Of a DNA stretch of 64,000 nucleotides, positions 49,544 through 59,860 are shown in pieces. The stretch covers positions 72,030 through 136,029 of the forward strand of contig CANRNN010000006.1 in NCBI GenBank assembly GCA_947632025.1, in the 5' to 3' direction. The position numbers and the translations under genes were made by a program. The DNA is from an uncultured Clostridia bacterium. GTDB lineage: Bacteria > Bacillota > Clostridia > Oscillospirales > Ruminococcaceae. Numbering within the stretch: the first letter of the stretch is position 1; each line of letters starts with the position of its first letter. The notes under the pieces are model-generated. The model made no database searches. It had not been told where the DNA came from and saw only the letters and a list, made by a program, of their open reading frames with translations.

Positions 49544-49629
49544 TTGACATAATATTCTCTTTGTGATATAATAAAGGTGTAAAGCAAGGGCGCTTTGGCG
49601 GATCTCCGTCAAGGCGCCCTTTATTTTTT
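49544..49629 (+). promoter_or_regulatory. SigA promoter plus ANTAR-type hairpin overlapping an intrinsic terminator (attenuator)
   Basis: TTGACA(49544-49549)-17-TATAAT(49567-49572); AAAGC-[AAGGGC]-GCTTT hairpin (49581-49596); 16-bp terminator stem 49586-49621 followed by TATTTTTT. Confidence 0.75.
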
Positions 49630-49647
49630 GAAAAGAGATGAATTTTT

Positions 49648-50967
49648 ATGAACACGCCTGTTGCAAACTCAAAGGAAATAAACGAGCTTCTGGCACGCTA
49701 TGGCGTAAAATTCGGGATTTACAAAAACGGAAATTTCCACGAACAGCTTTTCCCGTTTGACGCGATACCCCGCGTTATTTCAGCATCGGATTTCTCTGAG
49801 CTTGAAAAGGGGCTTATTCAGCGCGTCGATGCGCTGAATATGTTTTTGAGGGACGTTTATTCCGACAAGAAGATAATTGCCGACGGGGTCGTTCCCGAAG
49901 ATTTTGTTTACAGCTCAACGGGTTTTTTGCAGCAATGCGACGGGGTGCTGCCGCCAAAGGGCATATACAGTCACATTTCGGGTATTGATTTAGTTCAGGC
50001 AAAGGACGGCGTCTGGTATATTCTTGAGGATAACCTTCGCATACCGTCCGGCGCGTCCTATCCGCTTATAGCGCGCGAGCTTTGCCGAATGACAAGTCCC
50101 GATGTTTTCCGTGAGGCTAAGGTGCGCGACAACAGAAATTATATTGCACTGCTCCGCGAAACGATGAATTATGTAAACTGCGGCGGGATAAACGTTATAT
50201 TGACACCCGGAAGATATAACGCCGCATATTTTGAACATTCCTATTTCGCGGAGAAAACGGGAGCTGCGCTGGTTCAGAATTCCGATTTGTTTGTGGAGGA
50301 CAATATTCTCTATCTTAAGGATTATCAGAACGGAAAAACGCGCGTGGGAGCGGTCTACCGCAGGATCTCGGACGAATATCTCGACCCGCTTACGTTCCTG
50401 CCGGAGTCGCTTATCGGAATTCCGCATATTATGGACGCGTACCGCGCGGGAAATGTCGCGCTGATAAACGCTCCCGGAAACGGCGCTGCCGACGACAAGG
50501 GAATTTACTATTTCGTGCCGAAGATGATAGAGTACTATCTCGGCGAAAAGGCAATTCTGAAAAATGCGCCGACATATCTGCCGTTCTATGAAAACGACAG
50601 GAAGTATGTCCTCGATAACCTTGAAAAGCTGGTTATAAAGGACGTTTCGGAGGCGGGCGGCTACGGCGTTGTGTTCGGCTCGGATATGACCAAAGAGCAG
50701 CTTGCCGACTGGCGAAAGCTGATAACAGAGCAGTCCCGCCGGTTTATCGCGCAGGAGGTGATAGATTTCATTGACCTGCCGATAACGGACGAGCAGGGAA
50801 ATACCACGCTGCACAAAGCGGATCTCAGAGCCTTTGTGCTTTCCGGGGAAACCACAAGGGTATGGTGCAGCGGACTTACAAGATTTTCACGGAATGTTGA
50901 CTCATTTGTAGTCAATTCATCGCAAGGAGGAGGCTTTAAGGATACATGGGTACTATCACAAGAATAA
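49648..50967 (+). CDS. Circularly permuted type-2 ATP-grasp protein
   Basis: QRVDALNMFL.DVY, ISGIDLV, LEDNLRIPSGASY, YRRISDEYLDP, NAPGNGAADDK, GGYG, FIAQE, DLRAF, VVNSSQGGGFKDTWV. Confidence 0.95.
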   Translation: MNTPVANSKEINELLARYGVKFGIYKNGNFHEQLFPFDAIPRVISASDFSELEKGLIQRVDALNMFLRDVYSDKKIIADGVVPEDFVYSSTGFLQQCDGVLPPKGIYSHISGIDLVQAKDGVWYILEDNLRIPSGASYPLIARELCRMTSPDVFREAKVRDNRNYIALLRETMNYVNCGGINVILTPGRYNAAYFEHSYFAEKTGAALVQNSDLFVEDNILYLKDYQNGKTRVGAVYRRISDEYLDPLTFLPESLIGIPHIMDAYRAGNVALINAPGNGAADDKGIYYFVPKMIEYYLGEKAILKNAPTYLPFYENDRKYVLDNLEKLVIKDVSEAGGYGVVFGSDMTKEQLADWRKLITEQSRRFIAQEVIDFIDLPITDEQGNTTLHKADLRAFVLSGETTRVWCSGLTRFSRNVDSFVVNSSQGGGFKDTWVLSQE

Positions 50968-51659
50968 ACATAAACAATCTTTTCTGGCTTGGGAGATATA
51001 CGGAGCGTGTGTTTATAACGCTTAATTCGTTTTTCAGGTTCTCGGACAAAATTATCGAGCAGGGCGGGGAGTTTTACGGGAAATATCTCGAAAACATAAG
51101 CGTGCCGAATATTTACAAAAATTCCGACGACTTTTTCGACCGTTATGTGTTTGACGAAAATGACCCGAATTCTATTTATTCAAATCTTTTACGCGCTTTA
51201 GGAAACGGCATTGTACTTCGCGAGGAAATTAAAACTCCGTCGCTGTCGTATCTGCAAATGGCTGCGGACAGGTTCAAGTCCTGCCGCGGTACGGACAAGA
51301 TACGCTACGACCTGCTGCCCGTCCGCGACGCAATTTACGCGTTCTGGGGGAGCGTCGACAGCAATATGACCGATTTTGACGCGCTGAAAATAATTCACCT
51401 CGGCAAGTCCGTGGAGCATGTTGATATGTCGCTTCGGCTCTCTTTGCCGGAGGAGGAAACCTTTGTCGGGCTTCAGAACCTTGTAAAGCACGTTGAGCGT
51501 TATATCGGGCAAAGCGGCTGTATCATAAACAAAGTGGCTCTTTCGGCTTTGAAAGCCGCACTTGCTGTTCCCGAAAAGCTTGACGAAAACAGAAGCGCGC
51601 TTATCACGAATGTTGAAGAGCTTATAGAGGTGAATTTCCTTGAAACGGTTGCGGTTTGA
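50946..51659 (+). CDS. Alpha-E domain protein (DUF403-like)
   Basis: NLFWLGRYTER, PNSIYSNL..A..N....RE, LGKSVEHVDM.LRL; overlaps the ATP-grasp stop. Confidence 0.9.
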   Translation: MGTITRININNLFWLGRYTERVFITLNSFFRFSDKIIEQGGEFYGKYLENISVPNIYKNSDDFFDRYVFDENDPNSIYSNLLRALGNGIVLREEIKTPSLSYLQMAADRFKSCRGTDKIRYDLLPVRDAIYAFWGSVDSNMTDFDALKIIHLGKSVEHVDMSLRLSLPEEETFVGLQNLVKHVERYIGQSGCIINKVALSALKAALAVPEKLDENRSALITNVEELIEVNFLETVAV

Positions 51660-52419
51660 ATATTCCGCGCGGCTGGAATTTGCGGAAAGCGTGTCGGAGC
51701 ATTGTTTCACGCTGCGCTGTCTGCCCGTATCCGACGGCAGACAGCTTATCCGCGAGCCGCAGTATGAAATTTTTCCGCTTGAAAACAGCAAAATATGGCT
51801 TAGTCGCGACAGTTTCGGGAACACTTTGCTTTGCGGAAGAATTCCCGATCCGCACAACATTTTTTCGTTTCACGTTTCGGGGAAAGCCGAGATAATAAAC
51901 ACGCGGGATATTTCCGGGTTTCCCGCGGCGATTTACGGGTACAGCTCTCCGCTTGCAAAGCCGGGGGATTTTATCCGAAAATTTTACAGCGAAAACACCC
52001 CGACGGCAGAATTGCCGATTGACCGCGCAATGGAGCTTTGCAACGCGCTTTATAACTCGATGAAATACGAAAAGGGAGTTACAAACGTGCATACCGCGGC
52101 TGAGGACGCTTTGAAACTCGGCGCGGGCGTTTGTCAGGACTATGCGCATATTTTTTTAGCGCTTTGCAGGCTGGACGGAATCCGGTGCAGATACGTTTCG
52201 GGTCTGGCATTTGAAAGCGGGGAAACTCACGCCTGGACGGAAGTCGGCAGCGGCTCTCGGTGGTACGGCGTTGACCCCGCAAACAACAGATTTATCGGCG
52301 AAAATTATATAAAACTCTGCCACGGCAGAGATTATTCCGATTGCCCGATAGAATGCGGGATCTATCTCGGAAATTCTTCGGGCGTTCAGACGGTAACGTC
52401 GTCTGTTGCCGAATTTTAA
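51640..52419 (+). CDS. Transglutaminase-like protein with Bact_transglu_N domain
   Basis: GVCQDYAHIF (Cys), HAW (His), GVDPAN (Asp) triad; GRDYSDC. Confidence 0.93.
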   Translation: MKRLRFEYSARLEFAESVSEHCFTLRCLPVSDGRQLIREPQYEIFPLENSKIWLSRDSFGNTLLCGRIPDPHNIFSFHVSGKAEIINTRDISGFPAAIYGYSSPLAKPGDFIRKFYSENTPTAELPIDRAMELCNALYNSMKYEKGVTNVHTAAEDALKLGAGVCQDYAHIFLALCRLDGIRCRYVSGLAFESGETHAWTEVGSGSRWYGVDPANNRFIGENYIKLCHGRDYSDCPIECGIYLGNSSGVQTVTSSVAEF

Positions 52420-52431
52420 GGGAGTGGAATT

Positions 52432-53376
52432 ATGATAGAAGCGGTCACACGGGCGGGACTTGCGGTAAACGAAAATATAGTTATAAAGAAAAACCGTATA
52501 GTCGGCTCTGACAATAAAAATCCTTCCGGAAAAAGAGTTTGTATCGTCACGGGAACGCACGGCGACGAGCTTGAAGGGCAATATGTCTGCGCGAAACTGT
52601 CAAACGTTCTGCAAAATAATTTGACGCTGTTAAACGGGACGGTTGATATTTATCCCGCGCTTAATCCCTTGGGGGTTGATTCAATTACGCGCGGAATACC
52701 TCTGTTTGACCTCGATATGAACCGCATTTTCCCCGGAAGCGCGGACGGCACTATGGCGGAGTGCCTTGCCGCAGACATAATCGCCGATATAAGCGGCGCG
52801 GATATCTGTATAGATATTCATTCGAGCAACATTTATTTGAGAGAAATTCCGCAGGTGCGGATAAACGAAATTACCGCCGACGAGCTTATTCCTTATGCAA
52901 AAATGCTGGGGTGTGATTTTATCTGGGTTCACGCGTCGGCAACGGTCCTTGAATCCACGCTTGCATACAGCTTGAACAGCATCGGCACGAAAACGCTTGT
53001 CGTGGAAATGGGCGTCGGAATGAGGATCACCTGCGAATACGGCGACAGACTGACGGAGGGGATCTTAAATCTTCTCAAAAATCTCGGAATGTGGAAAGGC
53101 GACTGCAAGCCCGTAAAAGAGCCGATTGTGTCCGCGGACAGAGCGGTGGAATTTGTAAATTCGGGAGCGGCGGGGATATTTATTCCGACTGCAAAGCACT
53201 GGTCGAACGTTAAATGCGGCGATGCCGTGGGGAGCGTTATTGACCCCGTCACGGGCAACGTCGAGGAATATGTGACTTCTCCCTGCGACGGGATAATTTT
53301 CACGCTTCGTGAGTTTCCGATAGTGTACGGCGGGTCGCTTATTGCGAGAATTTTAGGGGGTGACGAAAATGCGTAA
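52432..53376 (+). CDS. M14 succinylglutamate desuccinylase/aspartoacylase-family peptidase (catalytic residues intact)
   Basis: GTHGDE, NPLG, DMNRIFPG, DIHSS, VEMG; C-terminal barrel-sandwich region. Confidence 0.9.
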   Translation: MIEAVTRAGLAVNENIVIKKNRIVGSDNKNPSGKRVCIVTGTHGDELEGQYVCAKLSNVLQNNLTLLNGTVDIYPALNPLGVDSITRGIPLFDLDMNRIFPGSADGTMAECLAADIIADISGADICIDIHSSNIYLREIPQVRINEITADELIPYAKMLGCDFIWVHASATVLESTLAYSLNSIGTKTLVVEMGVGMRITCEYGDRLTEGILNLLKNLGMWKGDCKPVKEPIVSADRAVEFVNSGAAGIFIPTAKHWSNVKCGDAVGSVIDPVTGNVEEYVTSPCDGIIFTLREFPIVYGGSLIARILGGDENA

Positions 53377-54295
53377 AAAGACGTTGTATTCCCTGAAATC
53401 CCCCTACCGTGAGAGTATGGATATAATCGGTTTTCAGTTTGGTCACGGCGAGAAATCAATGTGCGTTATCGGCGCTATGCGCGGCAATGAAGTCCAGCAG
53501 ATGTATGTCTGCTCACAGCTTGTAAACCGCCTAAAATGCCTTGAAAGCGAGGGGCTGATTGCCGAAAACCGCGAGATTATGATAATCCCGTCCGCTAACT
53601 ATTATTCCATGAATATCGGAAAACGTTTCTGGACAATGGACAACACGGATATAAACCGAATGTTTCCCGGTTACGACCTTGGGGAAACCACACAGCGAAT
53701 TGCCGCGGGAATTTTCGAGAGCATTAAAGGCTATAAATACGGCGTTCAGCTTGCGAGTTTTTATCAGCAGGGCGATTTTCTGCCGCACGTCAAACTTATG
53801 GAAACAGGCTTTACCGACCACGAGCTTATGAAATGTTTCGGGCTGCCGTTTGCGTTTATCCGAAAGCCTCGTCCTTATGATACTACAACCTTGAATTATA
53901 ACTGGCAGATTTGGGAAACACAGGCGTTTTCGCTTTACACAAACGCCACCGATAACATTGACGAACCGTCCGCAAAACTTGCGGTAGACGCGATCTTAAG
54001 GTTTATGGCGGCGAACGGCGTTATAAAAACAAAAGTCCCCGGAGGATACATTACCGAAATGTTGGACGAAAAATCTCTCGTGCAGATACATTCGCCTGCC
54101 GCGGGGATTTATAAGAGTTTTGTCCGCACCGGCGACGAATTCAGAAAGGGCGACGTTTTGTGCGAGATAACCGACCCCTTGGACGGGAGCGTTATCCGTA
54201 AAATTTCCGCGCCTTCGGACGGAATTGTTTTCTTTCGATATAATCGTCCGCTGGAGTTTGAAAAAACCGTACTGTATAAAATTATACCTATTTAA
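53369..54295 (+). CDS. M14 desuccinylase/aspartoacylase-family paralog, probably inactive
   Basis: GAMRGNE, DINRMFPG, GVQLAS and FSLYT where the paralog has H..E, DIH and VEMG. Confidence 0.85.
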   Translation: MRKKTLYSLKSPYRESMDIIGFQFGHGEKSMCVIGAMRGNEVQQMYVCSQLVNRLKCLESEGLIAENREIMIIPSANYYSMNIGKRFWTMDNTDINRMFPGYDLGETTQRIAAGIFESIKGYKYGVQLASFYQQGDFLPHVKLMETGFTDHELMKCFGLPFAFIRKPRPYDTTTLNYNWQIWETQAFSLYTNATDNIDEPSAKLAVDAILRFMAANGVIKTKVPGGYITEMLDEKSLVQIHSPAAGIYKSFVRTGDEFRKGDVLCEITDPLDGSVIRKISAPSDGIVFFRYNRPLEFEKTVLYKIIPI

Positions 54296-54485
54296 TTAAG
54301 TAAAAACAGCAAACAGGCTGTAATTTGACTTTATGTACAAGCTGGGTATTATCATTGCAGACGGACGTGGCAATTGTCGCGGCTCTGGGATTTGATAATA
54401 TATAAATAAAAGTTATGAACAGCACGGCAAAACGCAACGTTAAAATGCCTTTGCAAAGGAATTTCTTCTAAGTCGAACGAAAACA

Positions 54486-54515
54486 AAACGTCCCGCAGGA
54501 GCCTGCGGGACGTTT
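54486..54515. terminator. Strong inverted repeat, likely bidirectional terminator
   Basis: AAACGTCCCGCAGG-ag-CCTGCGGGACGTTT. Confidence 0.75.
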
Positions 54516-54960
54516 CAATGCAAGGCATTGTCCTGCCGTGTAACTTTTACAAAAAATATTTGTTGATGTTTTGTATCTCGTAATAATAAAATAACACATT
54601 TTCAAGATTTGTCAATACCATAAAATTAAAATATGATAGCTATAAAATATCGGGTGTAATACATTCAAAAATAAACATTTTTACAACTAATCTCAATATG
54701 ATGAAATTTGTAGGCATTTCAAATCGGAATTTTGGGGTTCATATTTCATTCTTTTTGATTATTATCCGAATTTTTAGTTGTTTTAATTTTAGTGTCCATT
54801 TTGAAATAAAGAATACCTTGCCTGCAGAATCGCCTGTAAAAGGAATTATAGCAAAACGCCTGTCGCTTTCAGAGTTGAGTGGGGACAGATTGCGACAGGT
54901 GTTCACAACGAATCAGCAGTTGTCAAAACCATATGTTTCAAATTATAATAATTAATTCAC

Positions 54961-57900
54961 TCAATTAAAGTTTAATTCTCTGCGAAGTTGTTGTATAGTT
55001 TTAAATGTAATTTCTTTATTATTGCTCAAGTAACTTTTTCTTTTGGAATCTGCCCAATATGAATCAGGAATTTTAATCAATAATTCCTTAATATCATGTA
55101 TTCCAGGAACAGCAACGATTTCAAAATCCTCAGTATATAGAATGCTCCACCCACTTATAGCGCCATTATAGTAATCAGGGTAAATATCCTTTAGCGATTC
55201 TACATATTCTTGCTGTTCTGTTGTTAAATTTGATGTGATAAAAGCATAAATCAGATACGACCTATCATATGACAATCTTCTATTAAATGGAACAAAATTA
55301 TAATATTTTCCGTTCAATAAATCCCTTATACGATATTCGTTTGGATGATAACGAGAGTACATGATATTTCCAAATATACTTAGCGAGTCAACTTCATATA
55401 AAAATCTAATATCGTTGTCGTTAATTTTCCCTTTGATAATATTACCTTTGACAAAGGACTTATTGTTTTCAGCAAGCAGGTTGAAAAAATCGGTATTTAC
55501 CATCGGTAGTAGTGAATTCACAACATTGTAGTGATGATAATCAGTTTGTGAAAATCTGCCTTTCTGTAAACCATACTAGTATAGTCGTCAAATCTGTTTC
55601 TAATTATTTGTTCTTCAATTTTGAACTTTGGTGAATATAGAACAACCTCATTTTGACGCAATACAATTTCTTCCGATGACGCTATTTTATTAGCAACAAT
55701 AACCTTAAAGAACGGCGTTGACATTAAGTAATTTATATTTGTTTTGATGATGATATTTTCCACTGTAAGAAAATCCGACAATGAAATATTGCTGCAAATA
55801 TTATCGGATAAATCGCTCCAGAAAATATTTTGCGGTTTGCGTCCCAGATAGTATGCAATGTAATCCCAAAGAAATCTCCTCGACGTAAAATAGTAGGTCC
55901 ACATTATGTCGGATATATGGGATTTGTATTCATTCGGAACAGTTTCTAAATATTCGCAAATACAGTGTATTTCATTATCAACGACCTTAAAAAATAACAT
56001 CTCTGTTTCATCTACAAGCTGCGTTGGAACGCTTATTATATTTCTGTGGTCGATACTCAATTTCGGACGCACTTCTCCTATAAAATTCAACGTAAAATCT
56101 GTGTCGTAGTTGGTGGGTAATTTCATATTTCGGCTTAACTGCACAGTTATGCCGTCAATTAAAAAACCCGATTTATGAAACTCTAAAATCCGATAAAAAA
56201 GCAAACTTTCGGCGTTTATCGGCTTGGAATAATCTTTAGGAAAGTATAAAATGTTGCGGTATTGCAGGTTTTGGGTGTCTACAAAAATTTCTTTTCTTAC
56301 AACATTGTCTTCAGATAGGGAATTAATGATGCTGCTGAAATCATGATATTGGTATGAATATTTTTCTGCAACTTTTTTGCATGTCATATCTATCAATTTG
56401 ATTGTATTCAGATTTATAAAAAAGTAAGAGCCGCTTTTATACGAAGCCTTATATTTGGAACATTCTCCGGTACATCTTGAAAATATATTGATGCTTGGAG
56501 GACAAAGCTTAATGTATCTTGTCAGTATCGTGAGAAAATACTTTTTCTCTTGTTGATTAATTTTATAATTTCTTTCAGAGCCTTCTTCGTATAAAGAATA
56601 CATATCTAAAAACAATTCCCATTCCTTACAGTGGGTACTTCGTTCGGATGTTGACTGATACATAAGTATATCGTTTAATGTTTTCTTATTTGGTATTTCA
56701 TCAGAAATATTATCATCTTTTAAGAATAATTTGACAATTGTACCCGAATTTTTAAGGCGTTCAGCGTCGTCAAAAAGAGGGGTTGAAAAATATAAGTATT
56801 CTTTTTTCCCGTCTAAAGTTAGGCAAATGACATCGGAATTATTTTTTTTGGTTGTTATCTCTATTAAATCGCATAACATAAAGCACGACAAAATGCCTAT
56901 TCCGAATTGTGAAATAGGGTAAAATTTTTTGGAAGATTCCGCGCGCATTTGATAAAAATCGGCAGAAGAATAGAAGGTATGTCCTATATGTAAAAGGTAG
57001 TTCGTTATTATTGACTTATCCATTCCAATACCGTTATCATAACAATATAAATATTTTCGTTCTTTACCATGTTTAGTGCATACATCAATTCCAAATTCAA
57101 TATTCCCAATAAAGTCAGGCAAATTTAATTGTTTACACCAGCATGCGTCAAGAGAATTTTGATATAATTCTCGAATACAAGCATATTTGTCTTTATATAA
57201 TTCTTCGCTCATCAGCAAATCAATAATGTTGGATTGATCCATTTTTATACATAAATCATCAGCCGGAATAAACTCTTTAGAACAAGACGTAACCCCTTTA
57301 GCATTGATTTTGTTGTTTATATTAAGTCCAAGCTGGTTGAGCCTATTGCATTTTTGCAGATTTAATAATTCGCCTTCAACATATTTAATATAGTCTTTTA
57401 AGAAGTAATACTCTTCCGGATTTTCACAAGGAGAATATGCATTTATTACAACATTACCCCCATTGTTGTTTATTACAAAATTAAACCCTGTAAGTTTAGA
57501 ACTCAGTGAATATTGTTATTTGTCCCTTTTTCATAGCTTAATGAATAAGATACTCTGTCCGACCCGAAATGAAGTGCGTCTGCAACTCTTAACATTGCAG
57601 CGACAAACAATAAATCAGCTTTTTCGTTTTCAAAATATTTTCCTGAAAGCTTCTGAATTTCATTTTGTGCTTCATCAAAATTTATGCCGTGAGAAAAGCA
57701 TAATTCCCCAAAAATTTGAGAAAACAATTTGCTGTAATTATGCAATTTTTCCCTGTCAAATTTTTTCTAAATTTATGCAGTAAATTCTGCTTAATTTGGC
57801 ATGATTTGCTCTTATATATTCTTTGCGAATTTGCGTGTTGATTTTATCAGCATTTGTATCAGACAATTTGTTTTTTAACTGCGGAAGCCTGCCGCTACGA

Positions 57901-58478
57901 TATTTGTGATAATCTATAGCGAGCATGGCTAAATGCTCTGTAAACATTCCTTCGTTCTGAAATCCAAAGATAAGATGCTGTTCATATCTATTTGAACTTA
58001 AAAGATTTCCATATAATTTTGTTTTAAAATTATTTATATATCCCTCCATCCATTTCTGCGTTATTTTTCCTTTTCCATCCAAACCGAACTTAGGCACAGA
58101 TAAATTTTCATCTTTGCCTTCGCAAGCAATCAATACGTTTAATTCCCTGTTCTGATATTGCCATGCTGCAGTCATGTAATAATGCGGTCATATACAGAAA
58201 AAAAGCTCCATAGTAGAGAGCTGCGCTATTTTATCGCCCAAAATCTTTTCCATGTTCATTAATACAGATCGGCTATGATCTATATTATGCGAGTCAAACT
58301 CCGGGGAAAAGCGGCAAATTTGTTGTAAATGATTAATTACATCCGGTTCAATTCTACCTATAAAATCGATCAATTCTTTTACATTGCTGTTATTTGTACT
58401 TCTGAATTTCAATTCATCAATAATTTTACCTTCCATAATGTCCTCCATAAAACAGAAATTATCGCATATATTATCCAA
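54961..58478 (-). pseudogene. HD-domain (HD-CE-like) + Hsp90/HtpG-like GHKL ATPase fusion, ~1170 aa if repaired
   Basis: Fragments in order: PEFDSHNIDHSRSV; LLHDCSM (58176-58171, a frame absent from the track); YIRANH; CFSH..LRVADALH; SPCENPEEYYFLKDY in frame with IRELYQNSLDAC, DNGIGM, ISQFGIGILSCF, GTIVKL; C-terminal piece 54961-55521. Confidence 0.8.
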
Positions 58479-58488
58479 TAAGCCATAG

Positions 58489-59543
58489 TTATAATTTTAC
58501 TATTGCCTGACCAATTATTTTCATAAGTGCTTTTCTATTTTCTATAACAACATTCTTTCGTTCGTTAGAAAGGTCAAATGGATATTTATGCAAAAAATTA
58601 TCAGAAACCACATGTAAATATGAGAATTTTATGTTTGTATTTTGTGCTGCGTAAGCCATATGACCTATCTCTGGATCAACAAAAGAGTATTCTTGACATG
58701 AATCCTCAACCCATTGTTTCGTTTCTTGTAAAACAGATGGAAGCGTTAAATGCTTTCCAAATCTAATATGCTCGTTTGAAGCTGTATCAAACATATTATT
58801 TCATGTAACAATTTCTCCATTTGGAAGAAGACTTACATTTCCTGTTGCAATAATTTCGTTAGGTACATATGAAGAATTAAGCGTTCCAAGTTTTCCGGAA
58901 TATATTATTTGTTTTACTCCAATCGAGGATAAAAAAAGAAATAATTCTACCAGCAATTTCACCCCAATAAGTATGTTTACATCCAAGTAATATTGCATTT
59001 CCCGACTTAATCTTTATTTGTTTGTATAAAAAATTTCCTCTTCCTTTCCATTCTTTATCATCTGATAGGAAATCAAGCCCTTCAACATAGCCCATTAAAA
59101 CTTATCAACTTTAGGAATATCGTTAAGTGAAGAGTTACAAATTTCATTCCAACATTGTTCCTCACTTGGTATTTCGCTTATAATATGGATATCTTTTTTA
59201 ACAGACTTGAAAAAGTAGAATAAATATTGCTATAATGATAAATATAATCAATTCCTGGGAAACACCTTATCTCTGCCTTATCGTCTATGATTTGTACTGT
59301 AGGCCTCATAAAATTAAAAAACTTCCCACCCTTTTCGTTTTCTGAGATACCGTTACTCCTATCAAAACATCCAAACACTCTTATTTGACTGATTTTTTGA
59401 AAATTTATAGAAGAATTTATTTTCATTTCTAAATATGACAATAATGAATTTCCCATAGAATGTATTTCTGCTGACATTTTAAGTGGAAAAAAATAATTAT
59501 TGTTATAGGGCAAAGGGTAAGCATACATATACAGCATCTCCAA
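58489..59543 (-). pseudogene. Nucleoside phosphorylase (PNP_UDP)-fold protein, fragmented (~350 aa if repaired)
   Basis: Fragments: ILLGCKHTYWGEIAG; IIYSGKLGTLN..PNEIIATG; HLTLPSVLQET..FVDPEIGHMA.AA...YLHVVSDN; frameshifts plus an in-frame TGA at 58803-58801. Confidence 0.72.
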
Positions 59544-59821
59544 TTTTTAATATGTTTAGACCTAATCAAATTTGATATTCATTATAAAGATATGATAATA
59601 TATACAATTATCCTTCGCTATCATTTATAACTATTATATCACACAATTCCCTAAAAGTCAACAAAAAAATTAAGGCTTTGCGCAAGATGTAAAAATCCTG
59701 CGAAAATGCAAAATTTGTTTGTGGAATTAGCTAATTTTCAAGCATATTTTTGTGCAATTTCACAAATGAGAGCTTTCGCGATTCCAACCCTTGTGATCTG
59801 TACTGCAGCAAACCCATTGAC

Positions 59822-59860
59822 TTACACTCCCATCGTCATTCCCTGACCCTCGGACCCGCT
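59822..59860. repeat. Downstream arm, distal part (homologous to 47327-47365)
   Basis: TTACACTCC..CATTCCCTGACCCTCGGACCCGCT; minus frame encodes ..SEGQGMTMGV*. Confidence 0.8.

Larger units (their letters stand above)
54600..59700. mobile_element. AT-rich horizontally acquired island (decayed)
   Basis: Spot-counted lines ~30% GC versus ~50-55% in core genes; fragmented defence-like genes; abuts a repeat arm at 59822. No integrase seen. Confidence 0.7.

Noticed and set aside
57503-58803. In-frame TGA codons at likely Trp positions in the AT-rich island, suggesting origin in a UGA=Trp host
   Set aside because: Most Trp codons I checked in the island are TGG and frameshifts are also present. 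TGG>TGA transitions during decay are simpler.
22797-59766. Recurrent TTTGTG(A/C)A..T(T/G)CACAAA palindromes (22797, 34377, 59749)
   Set aside because: The spacer varies (1, 3, 2 nt) and the contexts are unrelated, so a single operator is not supported.
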